From: Sarea resinae
Taxonomy: Eukaryota
Assembly (NCBI GenBank): GCA_026026165.1
Contig: JAPEUD010000013.1
Location: 434,001 to 498,000, forward strand
DNA: 64,000 nucleotides
Reading direction: 5' to 3'
This document shows, piece after piece, positions 33,690-46,993 of this stretch (position 1 is the stretch's first letter; every line of letters begins with the position of its first letter). The position numbers were made by a program, and so were the translations under genes. Under the pieces are notes generated by a model, which worked only from the letters and a program-made list of their open reading frames with translations, did no database searches and was not told where the DNA came from.

Positions 33690-35255
33690 CTGTCCTCCGA
33701 CTTCTGACAACTCAAATCCGTCCGATAAAACGTCCGTACTAATACGGGGATGTTGTGGCCTTCGAAGAAAAAACTTGGGTGGCTAGTAATTATTTGGCGA
33801 TTGAGTACCACCATCAAGGAATACAAAGTTGCTGCGGACTCGACATAATCATTGTGCGTTCATCCTGCATAGCGTCTGCATGCCATGTTGCCGGCGCATC
33901 CCTGACACCCAGAAATTTTCTATTTTCCCTACCCTTTTGTGCTTTTACGGGATACGCAGCTTGATGATGACCGCCCGCGCCTTAGGTGCCGTGATAGAAG
34001 GTCTAGAGTGTGTCCAGCGCATTCATCGGCCGCCTGTAGGTTTGAAGTTTCTCCCTGCAATATATGGATCCGGTCATGGCTCCTCTACCTGCCCACGTTA
34101 TAAACACTATAAGCGTATTGACCTAGCGATGGTAGGCAAAGTGAGGCAGCTGGAGGCCTATAAACGTACGCTACCTACCTTGTGCCTTATAGAAGTAAGA
34201 TCAAGTTGGTCAGAATTGGGTAGCATGTAGGCAGGGAGGTAGGTAGTCACATCAGCGCTGCGTGACGTGACTACGGTATGCTTGCCTACCAGCGCTACCC
34301 GGATACATGTCCGAGGATCCATACATGATTCTATTTGCATTATTGTCAAGCTTCATGGACAAGTCATACAGAGGGCTTCAACAGAATGAAAGCTTATAAA
34401 AGACCACTGTAGCTTTGCGTCCCTATGTTATCTAGATCATAGCATCATTCCTTGTAACGTACAAGATGATGACCGGAACGAGAGAAAAATCTCGCAGATG
34501 CTAGAGTTTTGCCCTGTCGACGAACAAAATTTACTGTTGGGCCGCCCAGCGATCAGCTTCCCCGAGCCAGCGATAGAAACTAGAAATTGGAAGTGCGCGA
34601 CGCGCCAAAGCTCCAAATTCGGCGATCAATATCGCTCAATATTTGTACTACGCAGTAGTGGACGAGTACTGGGGACTGGTAAAAGCATTCAAAAGAGTCT
34701 ACAATATCAAGTACTGACTACTACTACTAAAGCTTGATTCGCTCCAACCTCTCCTGTTGACCACCGACAGGGTGTGCCGGATCGACCAAGGTACCCTTAC
34801 TCGCCGCAGTAGACTACCGTACGAAATACCTAGCTTCTCTGCTCATAATTACACTACACTTTGCCGCTTCTCCTCAACCCAGAGACAACCGAAAGCAGCG
34901 ACGCCATATTGCGATATATTGCGCTTGGTAGACGGGATCGAATTGTTGAGCAGTTGACGGACGGTGATTGTGTGGTTTGCCATCTTGCGCGACCCAATCC
35001 CGCCAACTTGACGGATCCGCGCCTCCTCCCGTTCGGCCCGTTCCTCCTGGACCTCTCTCCACCACCCCTTGAAGCTACGATACTGCGCCATTGCCTCCTC
35101 CATCGCCGTATTGTATTTTACATTTCCTCGGACGTCGTAACTCTCTAGGCGCGGCTACCGTGTTCTGACTGTCGAGAAACAGTTGGCAGCATCGCTGGTG
35201 CGCGCCCCCACCTGCGATCCGCTGATATATTCGAGTGCGCGCAATCGGCTCAGCT

Positions 35256-36673
35256 ATGGATCCCCAGAACCCATCCGGATCCTCTCACGGACAGCAGCCG
35301 CAGCCGCGGTCGCAGCAGCAACAGCAACAGCAACAGCATCAACAGCAACCTGTGTACGACATTTCTACTGGTGGCCATTATGGTATGTTACCGATCGCAT
35401 GTCCTGAAGTTGCATTCTGTGATACCCCTTCAGTCGAATATCTGCTCTTTGCAAGGCGCCTATTTGCTGTGTCAGCGCTGACATAGGGTACGTTTCTAGG
35501 CGCGAGTGCTGCGGTATGCTCCTAATCCTTACCTTCTCTGCTCAATAGTATATTCTCCGTTCGTCAAGGCTTCTTATTCTGATATCTGTTTGTAGCTCTC
35601 GGCTCAAGGTTATGCCCCTGTGCCTGAGCTGTACACTGGCACCTGGGCAAATGTAAGTCTCCTACCGTACATGGAAAATTTCGATAGTAGGCTTTCTCAC
35701 GCGGCGCTCAAATCTCACAGGTGAACCAAGGCCTTCATGGCAATTATCGAGATATTCTTACTACTTACTGGCAACAAACCATCAATTCCCTCGAGACGGA
35801 CACACATGATTACAAGTTACATCAATTACCATTGGCGCGGATAAAGAAGGTCATGAAGGCCGACCCAGAGGTTAAGATGATCTCCGCTGAAGCGCCCATT
35901 CTCTTTGCCAAAGGCTGTGACATTTTTATTACGGAGCTCACCATGCGTGCATGGATTCACGCAGAGGAAAACAAGCGACGCACCCTCCAGAGATCGGACA
36001 TTGCATCCGCATTAGCGAAGTCTGACATGTTTGATTTCTTGATCGACATTGTACCGCGGGAGGAGGCAGCTGCTCATGGAAAGAGAACCACTGGGCAGGC
36101 GGGCGCCCCCAGCGGTGGCCCCCATGCCTCATCAAATGCAACTGCAGTTCCAGGCCAGCTGCCTCAGCAAACGAATGTCGCCCAACAACAGCCATCAACC
36201 CACTCTCAGCAGCAACATCCCATGGGTCCTCCGGATTATGGAGCCTTAGGCCAGCACGCAATTCCTCAGGACCAAGAATACAGACCACAGCCGGGCATGT
36301 ATGCCGGGCCGGTGCAATCTGACCCGACCGGCGCATACGGCCAGCCTCAGCAACAAATGTTCGAGGGGATGTACGCTTACGCACCAATGCCACCACAACA
36401 GGTAAGTTGTTCATTCATTTGGTTATCCGGTCGTGCCAAGATATATATACATCTTTACTCTTTGCTTCGTAGTGAACATGATGCTCAATGTATCGAAGTC
36501 TTTGGAGATGAAGTCCACTGACTGAATCAACCCACCGAATCTAGATGTATCAAGTCAGCCAACGAGGACAAGACCATTCAGGAGGCCAAGATCCCGGGCA
36601 TCACTACTCCCGACATGATGGGGGTGATGGTGATGCTGATGCAGAGGGTGAGAGGGACTATGAGGTGGGTTAG
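35256..36673 (+). CDS. HAP5: CCAAT-binding complex subunit HapE/Hap5 (NF-YC histone fold), spliced
   Basis: [62 protein letters not shown]. Poly-Q N-terminus, 14-nt microexon at 35500-35513, last exon ending ..DYEVG*. Confidence 0.96.
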
Positions 36674-37320
36674 ACTACCTCATCATTGGTGGCATGAAAG
36701 CATGGTCGCACGGACTTCACGACGGTAACGATAGGACAATGGAATATACGGGGAAGCTTGAGGGCGATGCCTATTGGCGTTGTAGGAGATTACCGGAACA
36801 TCTATTCGACTGCGTTAGGGATCCTGAATTCAGTGGTTTTGATATCGTCGATCTTTTTTGCTAATTGAAGCAATTTGCGAGGCTCGACTCGATTTACATC
36901 AGAATGTAATTACCGATGAAAAATGTTGAAAGAAACGTATGATCGAGGCCCGTTGTCTGCATCAAAAACACTGCCGACCAAAACTATGATGCTCGGGGGT
37001 TTCGAACTTCGTAGATCTGCAAACGCGGCTTTCCCCCTATCTGCTGTAAACGAAGCAAGCGCCCGAAGTTGCCCCGTAGTACCTTGACCATCAAGGGAGG
37101 CGAGCATTTCGGAATTCCAACAGACCAGTCCGTCGAAAATACCATGGCGGATCTGTAGCCTTAGACCCTTTTGAGAAGTATATGGTTTGACAAGAGTGGA
37201 GCGTTGACCTTGGCTTTTCAAGGCTTACTCGGACGTCGATCGCCAGTGGCGCCCGGTAGAATGGGTAATCTCAAATGTGTTAGACGTGAAATTGTCGAAG
37301 AAGGGTCGTCGACGCTGTAT

Positions 37321-40156
37321 TCATTTCATGCCAAACCTTGACGAGAGGGTAGTGAATTTGTCAGTTCGAGTAGGAGTCTGTACAGTATGCGTGAGCCTAA
37401 TTGAATGTGAGCTGATAGTTCCGTAAGGGGCTGATATAGATGGATGAAAATTAATTCTCATACTTCTCTAGAAGTAAGGGTCCATTCATTGCATCCACTC
37501 TTCCGTATTTCTTGTTCCGTGTTGATATATCGTAATATTCGTCTGAGTTCTCCGCTTGTAAGAGATGGACTGTCTGTTGAAGTTCGTCCAGATTTTCTCT
37601 TAGAATTGGTACCCCCAAACTGTCAACAAAATCTGCTAGATACTGAACGTCTTTTGATAGAGCTGCTACGCCGTGGGGATTGATCTTTTTGACGTCGGGT
37701 GAAAGTGGGAGCGACTGATTATATGTCAACTATGTTCCTTGCGTGCTGTGTCTGGGTATTCTCCTAGAACGCTTTTGGGCGATGCTTACGAGAATCATGG
37801 TCGCTGCGTGACTGAGAGCATCAAAGTAGATCAGCTCCTTGATTTCTGTAGGAAGCCCTAGAAGTACTGAATTCATTATGTTAGACAAGTACCGGGTCAG
37901 CGTCTGCATGTAGTTGCTTGTCTCCTTCTGAGGTGTTGGTGCCATCCTATCGTGATTGTCAGCCCGCCGCTCAACGTCGTAGATATGAAATGAGATTAGA
38001 AAGAACAGACCAGTCGTACTCTGCAGTCTCGATGAGGTCATCGATCTTTGAGTTTACGAGCTCAAAGATACGTTTTTCGGCAGTCTTTTTGTTGCTTCTG
38101 AACTCTTCGGTAGCATTCAGTACGATTGGTCCTCCAGCAGAGCTCGAGGACCTTGCCGCAAGGAGGAGTTGCTCCAATTCCTGACACGCAATCTCGAAAT
38201 GCTCAAGATTGATGAGTATTTGCACAATTTGCCCAAGGTACTGGGAACTGAGTCTTTCGACCAGTGATCGGCATACTTTCTCGGAAAGCAGCTCGTCAAG
38301 AGACTGACCGCAAAATGAGCTCAGATTCATACTCTGCAGCTATGGAAATCAATATCATACCTTCTGAAGTGTCTCGTCGATGACATTAGGATGTTGGAAA
38401 TGGTCGTCGGAAAAAAAGTAGAATTGGTTTAGAAAATTGCGTATATCGATACAGCACAAAGGATACATTTGAGAAAAGGGTAGAACGCAGGGAAACCTAT
38501 GTGCCATGAGTCTAGTATCTTGAAACGCAATAGAGACACGTACTTAAGTTCTTCCCGGTCCTTGTCGGGGGTGTACCAGCTGACATTGACCACCTTGTCA
38601 TATTCATCCTGATTGTTGATAGGCATCGGCATATAGTCGTCTGTTGACACTATCTTATACAATGGTCAACCGGTTGAACTGAGTCCCCGATATGCAATGC
38701 TTACCTCTTGGAAGTCGTCGCTGAATCTTCTTTTCAGGAGCTCGGCATACTTCTCAAACAGCCTCAAAAGAAACGAGTCTAGAACGGCGACGGAGTAGCC
38801 CCAACCCTGAATAAAAGTTATCAGCTGAATCGTGACCAAATAACAAAATGTACCTACGTCCATTGTTTGGATGAATAGAGCAATGACGCCTTTGATTTTC
38901 AAAAGTAATTCTGCGTTGTCAACTTCTGTCAAGGCGTTGGATACAAGGGTTATAGCAGTTTGACACATAGAGTCCCACAGTTCATCGACCTATAATAGTG
39001 TAAGACCATTAGCTTGCGACTCAATTACCAAGACTTTGAGCACATACATCTACGGGTGATCGCAGATTTGGCGCTTTCTTCATCGTTGCACGCTCTACAA
39101 TGGCAAAGCCAGCAATTCCCTCAAGCAGGCCGCTTAGACTAGCCAGCTCATCATTCACCAATGTAATGGAGGTTGGTAGGAGTAACTCTTTTTGACGTCG
39201 CCGAGTGGCGGCATACTCCGCCCGGAATCTGTCCCGTTGTCCCAAAGCATCATGTATATGCAAACATTCAAAAAGAGGTGTAAAATCTACCTGCACTTCG
39301 TCGTTGTCGAGAACATCAAACTCTTCGCTTTCATCAGAAATCAGCTCCATTGCAGAGTTAAGCTTGAAGCTTTCGAGGTATGAAGTCTTCTCTCCTCGCT
39401 CCTTCTGTCTAGTTCTTCTGAGCTCCGTATGATAGAAAGCCACTTCTCCTAGGAATTGAGACGTCTCGCGAATTCTGTAAAGCCAAGTGTTGAGATCCGT
39501 CATGACAGCCTCGGCGATGAGCTTCTGCGTAGCGGGTACAGAACTCTGGATCATCTCAGCAATCTTGAACTGGGCAACCTCTTTGAGATGAACATTCTGC
39601 AGCTCATCAAGAGCCCGCAAGGCTGCATAGTGATTCTTCTTCCCTAGTAGGTCATGGACGTGGTTTGCCAGCCGAAGCACTTCGAGGCAGTCCCTCAACG
39701 CTTGCGTCGCTTCATCTATATTCTGCCTCACTCCCCGAGAATCGACCAAAGCCTTCTTTTGTTGTGCGAGCTTCTCTGTACTTGCCTGGATTGACTGGTT
39801 TACTGTGAGAATCTGAGACGTCAGGCTCACGGTGCCTTCGCGGACATGTAGAAGTTGGTTGACAGAGTTGACAAATTCCTGGTGATTGGTGCTGCACATA
39901 GCCTCTATATCTGCTTCACGGCGATCGGCACACTGGGACAGCGACTGGATCAACTGCATTGAACGATTGGAATTTGACGCTTCTTTGATGGCGGGAATGA
40001 GCTGGTCAAGGTAGTCGGAGTCCGAGGGCGTAAGGATTATCTGGAGGGAGCTTGTGGTTAGCAAGGACAATTGCAAGTCTTGACTGTAAATTCAATAGAT
40101 ACCTGTTGTACTGCGATTGAAGGGTCATCGCGGGGCTGGAGAGTGGAGGGCATCAT
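37321..40156 (-). CDS. SEC15: Exocyst complex subunit Sec15 (spliced)
   Basis: DYLDQLIP, YAALRALDELQNVHL, WLYRIRE, VDFTPLFECLHIH, IVQILINLEHFE and AEKRIFELVNSKIDDLIETAEYDW motifs. Ends ..SSRFGMK*. Confidence 0.93.
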
Positions 40157-42106
40157 TGGGATGGTTGAAAGCACGCCAGCTCCGCATTGAGCTGGATAAA
40201 GGTAGATTAATAAGGTGACACACAGAACACACAGAATATTGCGGGATGTATCGACATCAATCGCAAAGAGGAGAGTTTATTGACTGCCTGTTGAGGAAGC
40301 AGTAATATGAAGGCCAAGCTCCATTGGAATCGGCACCGTGGATGGAGATTACTAGCTTCTCCCTATATGAGCTGCGGTGTAATCGTACTTCGTACTTGCA
40401 TGTTAAAGATCCATGGATACTACCTACCGTACCTTAGGTAATGCTTGTTCGCTGACGTTGAGGTACGGTATGGATAGTCGCAAGGTATCTGGTACCTATG
40501 GACACACAGCACCCGTGCCAGTACTCGGAGTACTGCGAAGTACAGCAGAGTTAACAATTTACCTACCTACCTACTTTACCTTACCTAGGTACCTAGGTAC
40601 CTCATCCGGAGTAGTAGTAGTGGTAAAATCCTGGCAATGATGCTTGGTACCTAATAGCGATCTTGAGAGAAGGTATTCTCACCAATTTAGGTAGATATCA
40701 TTTCTCCTAGCATTCGCGGCATCAATGTGGGTAAGGTACTGTGTCATATGTACATAGTACACTACCTTAGGCTTTTGACCCCGAGATCATCTCTCGGGTG
40801 AATGAATATCCATGGGTCAGATCTCACACATACCGACCTCGGAAGTACGAGGGTACCTGGGCTGTGCTACCTAAGGTACCTTATGCTGAAATATTCGCTT
40901 ATATATTGAACTATCTACCCTACTAATCGGCAGCAAAAGGAGTGTGTTTATATAGCTAGATATGGAACAATTGATGCCTGAATATATGCCTGATTCAGGC
41001 AATAATTCGGCCATAATTGAGCAGGAAAACTCGCTCAGTTTACCCCTCAATTTGGCCTATGAGGATGTTGAATTCCTCCGGATTACACCGAATTCCTATT
41101 TAGGCAAGTCACATGATCATGATGGATCGGCTTATTCCGAAACCTTACCTACCTTTAGGTACGAGGATACGTAGCTATCTCCTTTAGGCAGTCAGTGTTG
41201 TCAGCATTCCTCTTGCTAGAAAATGGTGTCGACAACTGTAAGGGTGCCATCCGGGTACTCACTACAACTCCAAGGTTTGATGCCATTTTTCAATGATGCC
41301 TACCTTACTTGCCGTTGGCCTCACAAACCACCTGCTATGCCTTATCTCGAGAGTATCTTACCATGGATCCACTTTGAGCTACCTATGTATTGTGGTTCCC
41401 TTGCTAGACATACTAGCCACAGCTTCCCTCGTCGATGTGTATGAAGTAATGCATGTTCCCGGGGCGTCATCCTCATGTATGACTGTTATAACCTCATCCC
41501 CCGCCGGGTCCAGGAACTGCTGCTCTTCCTGCTATTATCCTGAGAGCTGCTGCCTGCCCACCTCCACTGCTGCTGCTGTTGGTGATCACGAACTCCATGA
41601 ACCTTTAGCACTCACGTCCCTAGTCGGGTTTATGATGGACGTTGTCCTCGTTGCCAAAACAGCTCCTCCCCAACTTGAATGGCTGCAGTACGTGCAATGA
41701 TATAATCTGTTCAAAACCCCTGTGAAGAATTGTTGCCAGCGCTTCTTCCATCTTCCACCTCTCTCACCTTTGAAGTTTCACCACCAGAACCCGCCTCACC
41801 CCTCACACTGCATTCTTTTTTCTACCGCGATCATTGACTCTAGATAAACCTTTCATATCCTATCGTGTACGAATCATCTGTACGATCGGCTGTCCTGGTA
41901 TTCAGTCATTTCTCAACTTGGTCATACCCGGCTCAGGATCTGATCGTGAGGGTTGGCAGAACAGCTTGTTTCCGTGAAGCAGCGCTGTTGCCTGCCTCCT
42001 CCGTTACCCAGCCAATTGAGACCTGCCTATACAGCCATCTTCTACAATCTAACATTCATCTACAATTCTTCGAACCTCAACTCAATAGAGCTCTGTGGGA
42101 ACGAAG

Positions 42107-45100
42107 ATGGATAACCAGAATCAATTCTGTCTCACGAGCAGCCCTCGCTCCTCGGACGACAACGAGTCTCACCAGGGCACGCCAGAGACAAAACTCACTG
42201 CCTTTTCTCCCGAAGACACTCGCAATGGTGAGAAAGCTGATAAGGTTTCTCAGACAACCAATTTCGAGATTCCACCCACTTTCTCTCTTGCGAGTACCGG
42301 CCCGAGCTCCTTGAAATCGAATTTGCCAGAAGGCTACCATGACCGTCCTAAGTCAAATTCGAACAAGCCAGCCGTCTTTCATCTTTTTGGTCCTCAGGAA
42401 CTTAAGGATCCCTTCATAGCTGGCAAAGGTCCACAGCAGCTCACCGGCCACATCGAGCATCAGAAACTCTCTCCCACCGCATCAGCGTTCACACCACTCG
42501 GCATGGCTGCTACTTTCAGGCCATCATTTGCGGATTCTGCTAAAGCGGGAATTAGCAGCCCGTTATCTCCCCTCACACCCAGGATGAATGGAATGGAACA
42601 TGGCAATCAATCTGGCGTTAGCTATCTCAACGCTACTTCTGTGCCGGAGGAAACAGCTGGTGATTCTCATCTCAAATTCTTGAATTCGGTTGCATCTGCT
42701 CCGGGTGCCATACCGGCTCCTGCTGCCAGACCGATTGGATCTCGTCCCTCTTCTGTCTCCAACTCACCAGCAAAAGTCCGTGGCTCCTTCAGCATGGATC
42801 ATCATGTATCTCGTTCGCTCATCATTGAACGTATACCAAGGAGCATCCTCGGAACAGAGTTAGGAGAGTTCTTTGATGTAAGTAATCCAGACTAGACTCG
42901 TCTGCCTTTTTGGCTACTTACTTTTCTTCTCAGGTTCATCTTTTCCCCTCTCTTAAAGGTCTTCTTCTGGTAGAGCTCAACAGTGCCGGAAGAGTTTATC
43001 TCGGATTCACTGATATTCGCGATGCCGAGCGGGCCCATCAGAGGGCTCAGAGCCTGAGACCGAATTGGTCCGTGAAGTATATCGCCCCCGACCATTTTGC
43101 CCAGAAGTATCAGCCAGGTGTAGCATCTTGTGTTTCTGCATATGAAGGTCAAATGCTCATCAAAGTTCATTACACCGGTCCGAGCCAGCATTTCAGTCAC
43201 AGCATGATCGAATCGCTCATTCAAGAGCTTCTTGATAATTACGGGGAAATGAAAGCCTTCGAGATATTAAATTCAGCCGAGGCTCCTTTCGTGGATTTCC
43301 GCGCTGAATTCTATGACACCAAGGCTGCAGACGCTGCCGTCAATGCGTTGAACTGCTTCAAGGTTGGCGTAAGTGATTGATTGATAGACTCAGACGGTTG
43401 ATTCTATAGCATCTCCGAAGCTGATCCATTTATAGGGTTGTTCGGTTAGCGTTGTCCGCCATGAGCCTGACCTTGAGAAGCATACGTCTTTTCGTACAGA
43501 ACCATCTCAAGCCTCTGCACGCCCTCGCCAAAAGCATGAGCTAGAAGAGACCTTCAGCCAGATGAATCTGGCTCCTCGCCCGTCGCGGACTAATCAATAC
43601 ACAGATTCATTTTGTAATCCCAATCTTGTGCATCTAAGTCCTACTGGACGGTCAGCAGTACCCCTTGAAGAATATTCTGACAAGTCAAGTTCTATGGGTG
43701 GCTACCATCGTTACAGCTTCCCTAGTCAGAAGAGCTTTGCTTATTCAAATACCTTTGAAAATCGACCGTACGAAGAATGCTCTCCGGAGGGACATTCAGC
43801 TAGTAACTGGAGCTCTTACAGTCCAGGTGCTATTGGACAGGAGCGTGGACAATTCTGCCATCCACAGTATCGCACAGGACCTCAATCACCCCAACGTCGA
43901 GGACAACCCCGCCATGGCGGACGTCACGATCATGGTGGTCACCATAACGTTGTCGATATCGAGCGAATTCGTCGGGGCCTTGATGTCCGAACTACGGTGA
44001 GCTTTCTTGGGTCGACCCTTTTCCGGGCAGATGATTGACGGTCATAGATCATGCTCCGCAACATACCGAACAAGATAGACCAGGTAAGCAGCAAACCATT
44101 TGGCTGCGAATTCGATACTGAGGGTGCGGTAGGCTATGTTGAAAGAAATTGTCGATGAGAGCAGCGCGGGACGGTATGACTTCATGTATCTTCGAATTGG
44201 TAAGTTTCCTCCAAAGGAATATTGCGAGCCTCTTTTGATATTTATAGATTTTGCGAATAACTGCAAGTGCGTTGAGTATTGCAATAAACTTGTGTTGCTA
44301 TTACTAATTGAGATAGCGTTGGTTATGCCTTCATCAATTTTGAAGATGTAAGTGGAACCGAAATCAAATCTTTATGGAAGAGTAGCTGCTGATGCTGGTG
44401 TTCAGCCATGGTTCATCATCGACGTAAATCTCCAGATCCTCTAAATCTCCAGATCCTCTAAGTCTCCTGATCCTCTACTGATTCATATATGTTGATGAAT
44501 AAAGTTTGTGAAAGCTAGAGCGGGACTTCGCTGGTGAGCAGAGCATATGATCGAAGGCTTGCTATGATTCTGAGTCTGACTTGATTGAATAGGAATCGTT
44601 TCAATAGCGATAAAGTGGCCGAAGTCTCCTACGCTAGTTCGTTGTCCTAAAATGTGCTTTCCCTTGAGAAGGTCTAACGACAAAGAACAGCTATTCAAGG
44701 CAAGGACTGTCTCGTGCAAAAATTCCGAAATAGCTCTGTGATGCTGGAGCATCCATCCTTCAGGCCAAAAGTAAGCTTTTCATTCCCGACGTAAGCTATA
44801 GAAGTCTGATCTCGGCTGATCCACTCAGATATTCCATACAGGCACCGGACCATTGGCCGGCACAGAGGACACATTTCCGGGACCAGACAATCCGTCCAAG
44901 ATGCGTCGAAGCGTAGAGAACGCCGAACATGTTGGTAAGCTCTGTCACTTTAGTTCCTTGAAAGCAAATATATCCGAAGACTGATCCGAGTCACTCCAGG
45001 CCTCTTTGCTCCGAGGGCTGGCCAGCACTTCCGTGACGAACAACGCCGCCGCCGCTCCCAGTATGATCGCGGAACTCGTCTCGCCGAATTGGAAGAGGCG

Positions 45101-45205
45101 TACGATTATCAGGTCCAGCGACAGATCGACGATGACTACCACGGCAGAAGTTACAATTCTGGCCATTACGGTCGCTTCGCTCCTCGCCATGACCTGCCTT
45201 ACTAA
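42107..45205 (+). CDS. mei2: Mei2-like RNA-binding protein (C-terminal RRM3/RRM_2), many short exons
   Basis: NVVDIERIRRGLDVRTT/IMLRNIPNKIDQ/AMLKEIVDE..YDFMYLRI/DFANNCN/VGYAFINFED/../WNRFNSDKVAEVSYA/IQGKDCLVQKFRNSSVM assembled across GT-AG introns. Stop TAA at 45203-45205. Confidence 0.9.
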
Positions 45206-46993
45206 TTGAGGAGTTCAAATCATAGCTGCTCTTCGGACTGTTACCCCCTGAGATGATTTCCATACGCGGAAAATTTCTTACGAGCAACCGTCTGGAAGGA
45301 CCTCCGCGTGTCTTTTTGCTACAGCAGTAATAAACATCGAGTCCACAATAAGGCTATTTTCGAAGCACAGGTGGGGCTGCTTTCGTGGCGCATCCATTTT
45401 AGTTTTCTTTTGTATCTGGGTCCAACTTGCACTGAACAGTCTACCTTAGTGATGTTGGGAAACTGCTTGAAGTTGGCGCTCAGCTGGAAAGTACGATCGC
45501 CAGCTGTCAATTTCCTACAATGTAAGGTCTAATCATCTTGGTGGCCTACTCCAAGTTCCTGGGGCTCTGGGAGGAAACGTAAAGCCTTGAAATCTTTGAA
45601 CCGGCTTGAATAAGAGGATCGGTTTTATCGATGCCTAGCCGGATTTTCTCAAAGCCCTCTGGACGATCGACGTTTCCTGAAAAGCTGCTTTGCGTACTTT
45701 TCTATGGGAACTCTGTGTCACGATTTCGCTTTCGCTCACCGGTCAAATCAGTCCCATGGCGAGCTAAGTTGCTCAACCTTGCTGGGATATTTCCTTCGAA
45801 GATCACGGCGTATGAACTTGGCATGATTTTCACATCTCATTCGCTGTGGCACATCATCTCTGGAGGACTGCAAGTCTTATTAGCTAGCTGGCTTTAGTAA
45901 AAAATTACATCAAGTAACACCACGTCTAGAGCAAGTCTGGATAACCCCAGCAACGAGGCTCTCGCGATAATTAGGAGTATCATGCCGAATAGTCATCGAC
46001 AGATTATTTCGATCCTCGATCGTCATTGCTTCGATAAAGAGAGATTAATCAGGTATATTGCCCAAGTAATGTAAGATAAGGAATAGCAAGTGTCGGAATA
46101 CAATATGTAGACGAATTACAAGCAAGTCCTTTAGGGGGCGCTACCCTTTTGCCTTGTTGTCCGACAGCAAGCGGTGATTTGCCGTTCATCGTATCCTGTT
46201 AGCGCAATGGTGGAATTGGTCCCGTCTACTCTGGTGCAGGTTGTAGAATCCTGTCGAAGCTTCTACAGTAGCCGCTCGCAATGGCATGATGAGATTCAAT
46301 GTCAGACTCGATTATATTGATGCGGTCTTGATGCCTGAGTTCTATCTACAAGTCGTTGTCGTTGGGTCGCCTTGTGATGCTCAGATACATTTACACAAGC
46401 GTATGCGCAGTAAGTGCTTCATGAAGTACCGATGACTGTATTCATCTTTCTTTGCACCGCCTTTTCTACCCTACTGGCAGATAATCCTGGAACTGGTGCT
46501 GCTGGAAGGTGAGAAAAGTTGTTCCTGAAATTGAGAGCGCAGCTTGGGCTGGCCAAAATACACGACGACTATTGGCCTGCGGCGCAGGATTGCTTGTATG
46601 CAGCAGGCCGATATCGCCATGGTAGCTGGAGAGCCTGATCTCTCGACATGTGTCTTTGAGTTTCCCTCAGATCGTCTTTGAGGAGCTCGTTGATGCTCAG
46701 TCATATCCACGAAGGCCGAATAGTAAGGGGGAGAGTAAGGAGGGAGACCAAGCTGCTGACATTGGTGTACTCAATCTAAAAGAAAGGGCGCAACAAACAT
46801 ACGGCCCCTATTAATAATTTAGTCAACAGGTTCCTTTAAGGAACCACGGTAACCCTTGAATCCGCCGTGACTCTCGGCTTTGGGGTCATGGGATGGCACT
46901 GTTCAATCTGTGCTGAATTATCAGGCCGGGTGCTCTCGAAGACCGTGAACCGTGATATCTCTGCAGCTTCTCCCTTGACTGTCCGCCTACATA

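Noticed and set aside
33614..33826. 70-aa ORF with poly-Asp
   Set aside because: Explained by the (TCA)n microsatellite, with no other coding signal.
40962..41700. Short ORFs upstream of the mei2-like gene
   Set aside because: No recognisable domain or consistent splice structure. Cannot be supported without expression data.
46194..46262. tRNA-like fragments (TAGCGCAATGGT; CAGGTTGTAGAATCCTG)
   Set aside because: No acceptor stem or anticodon arm can be formed, and the T-loop lacks TTCG.
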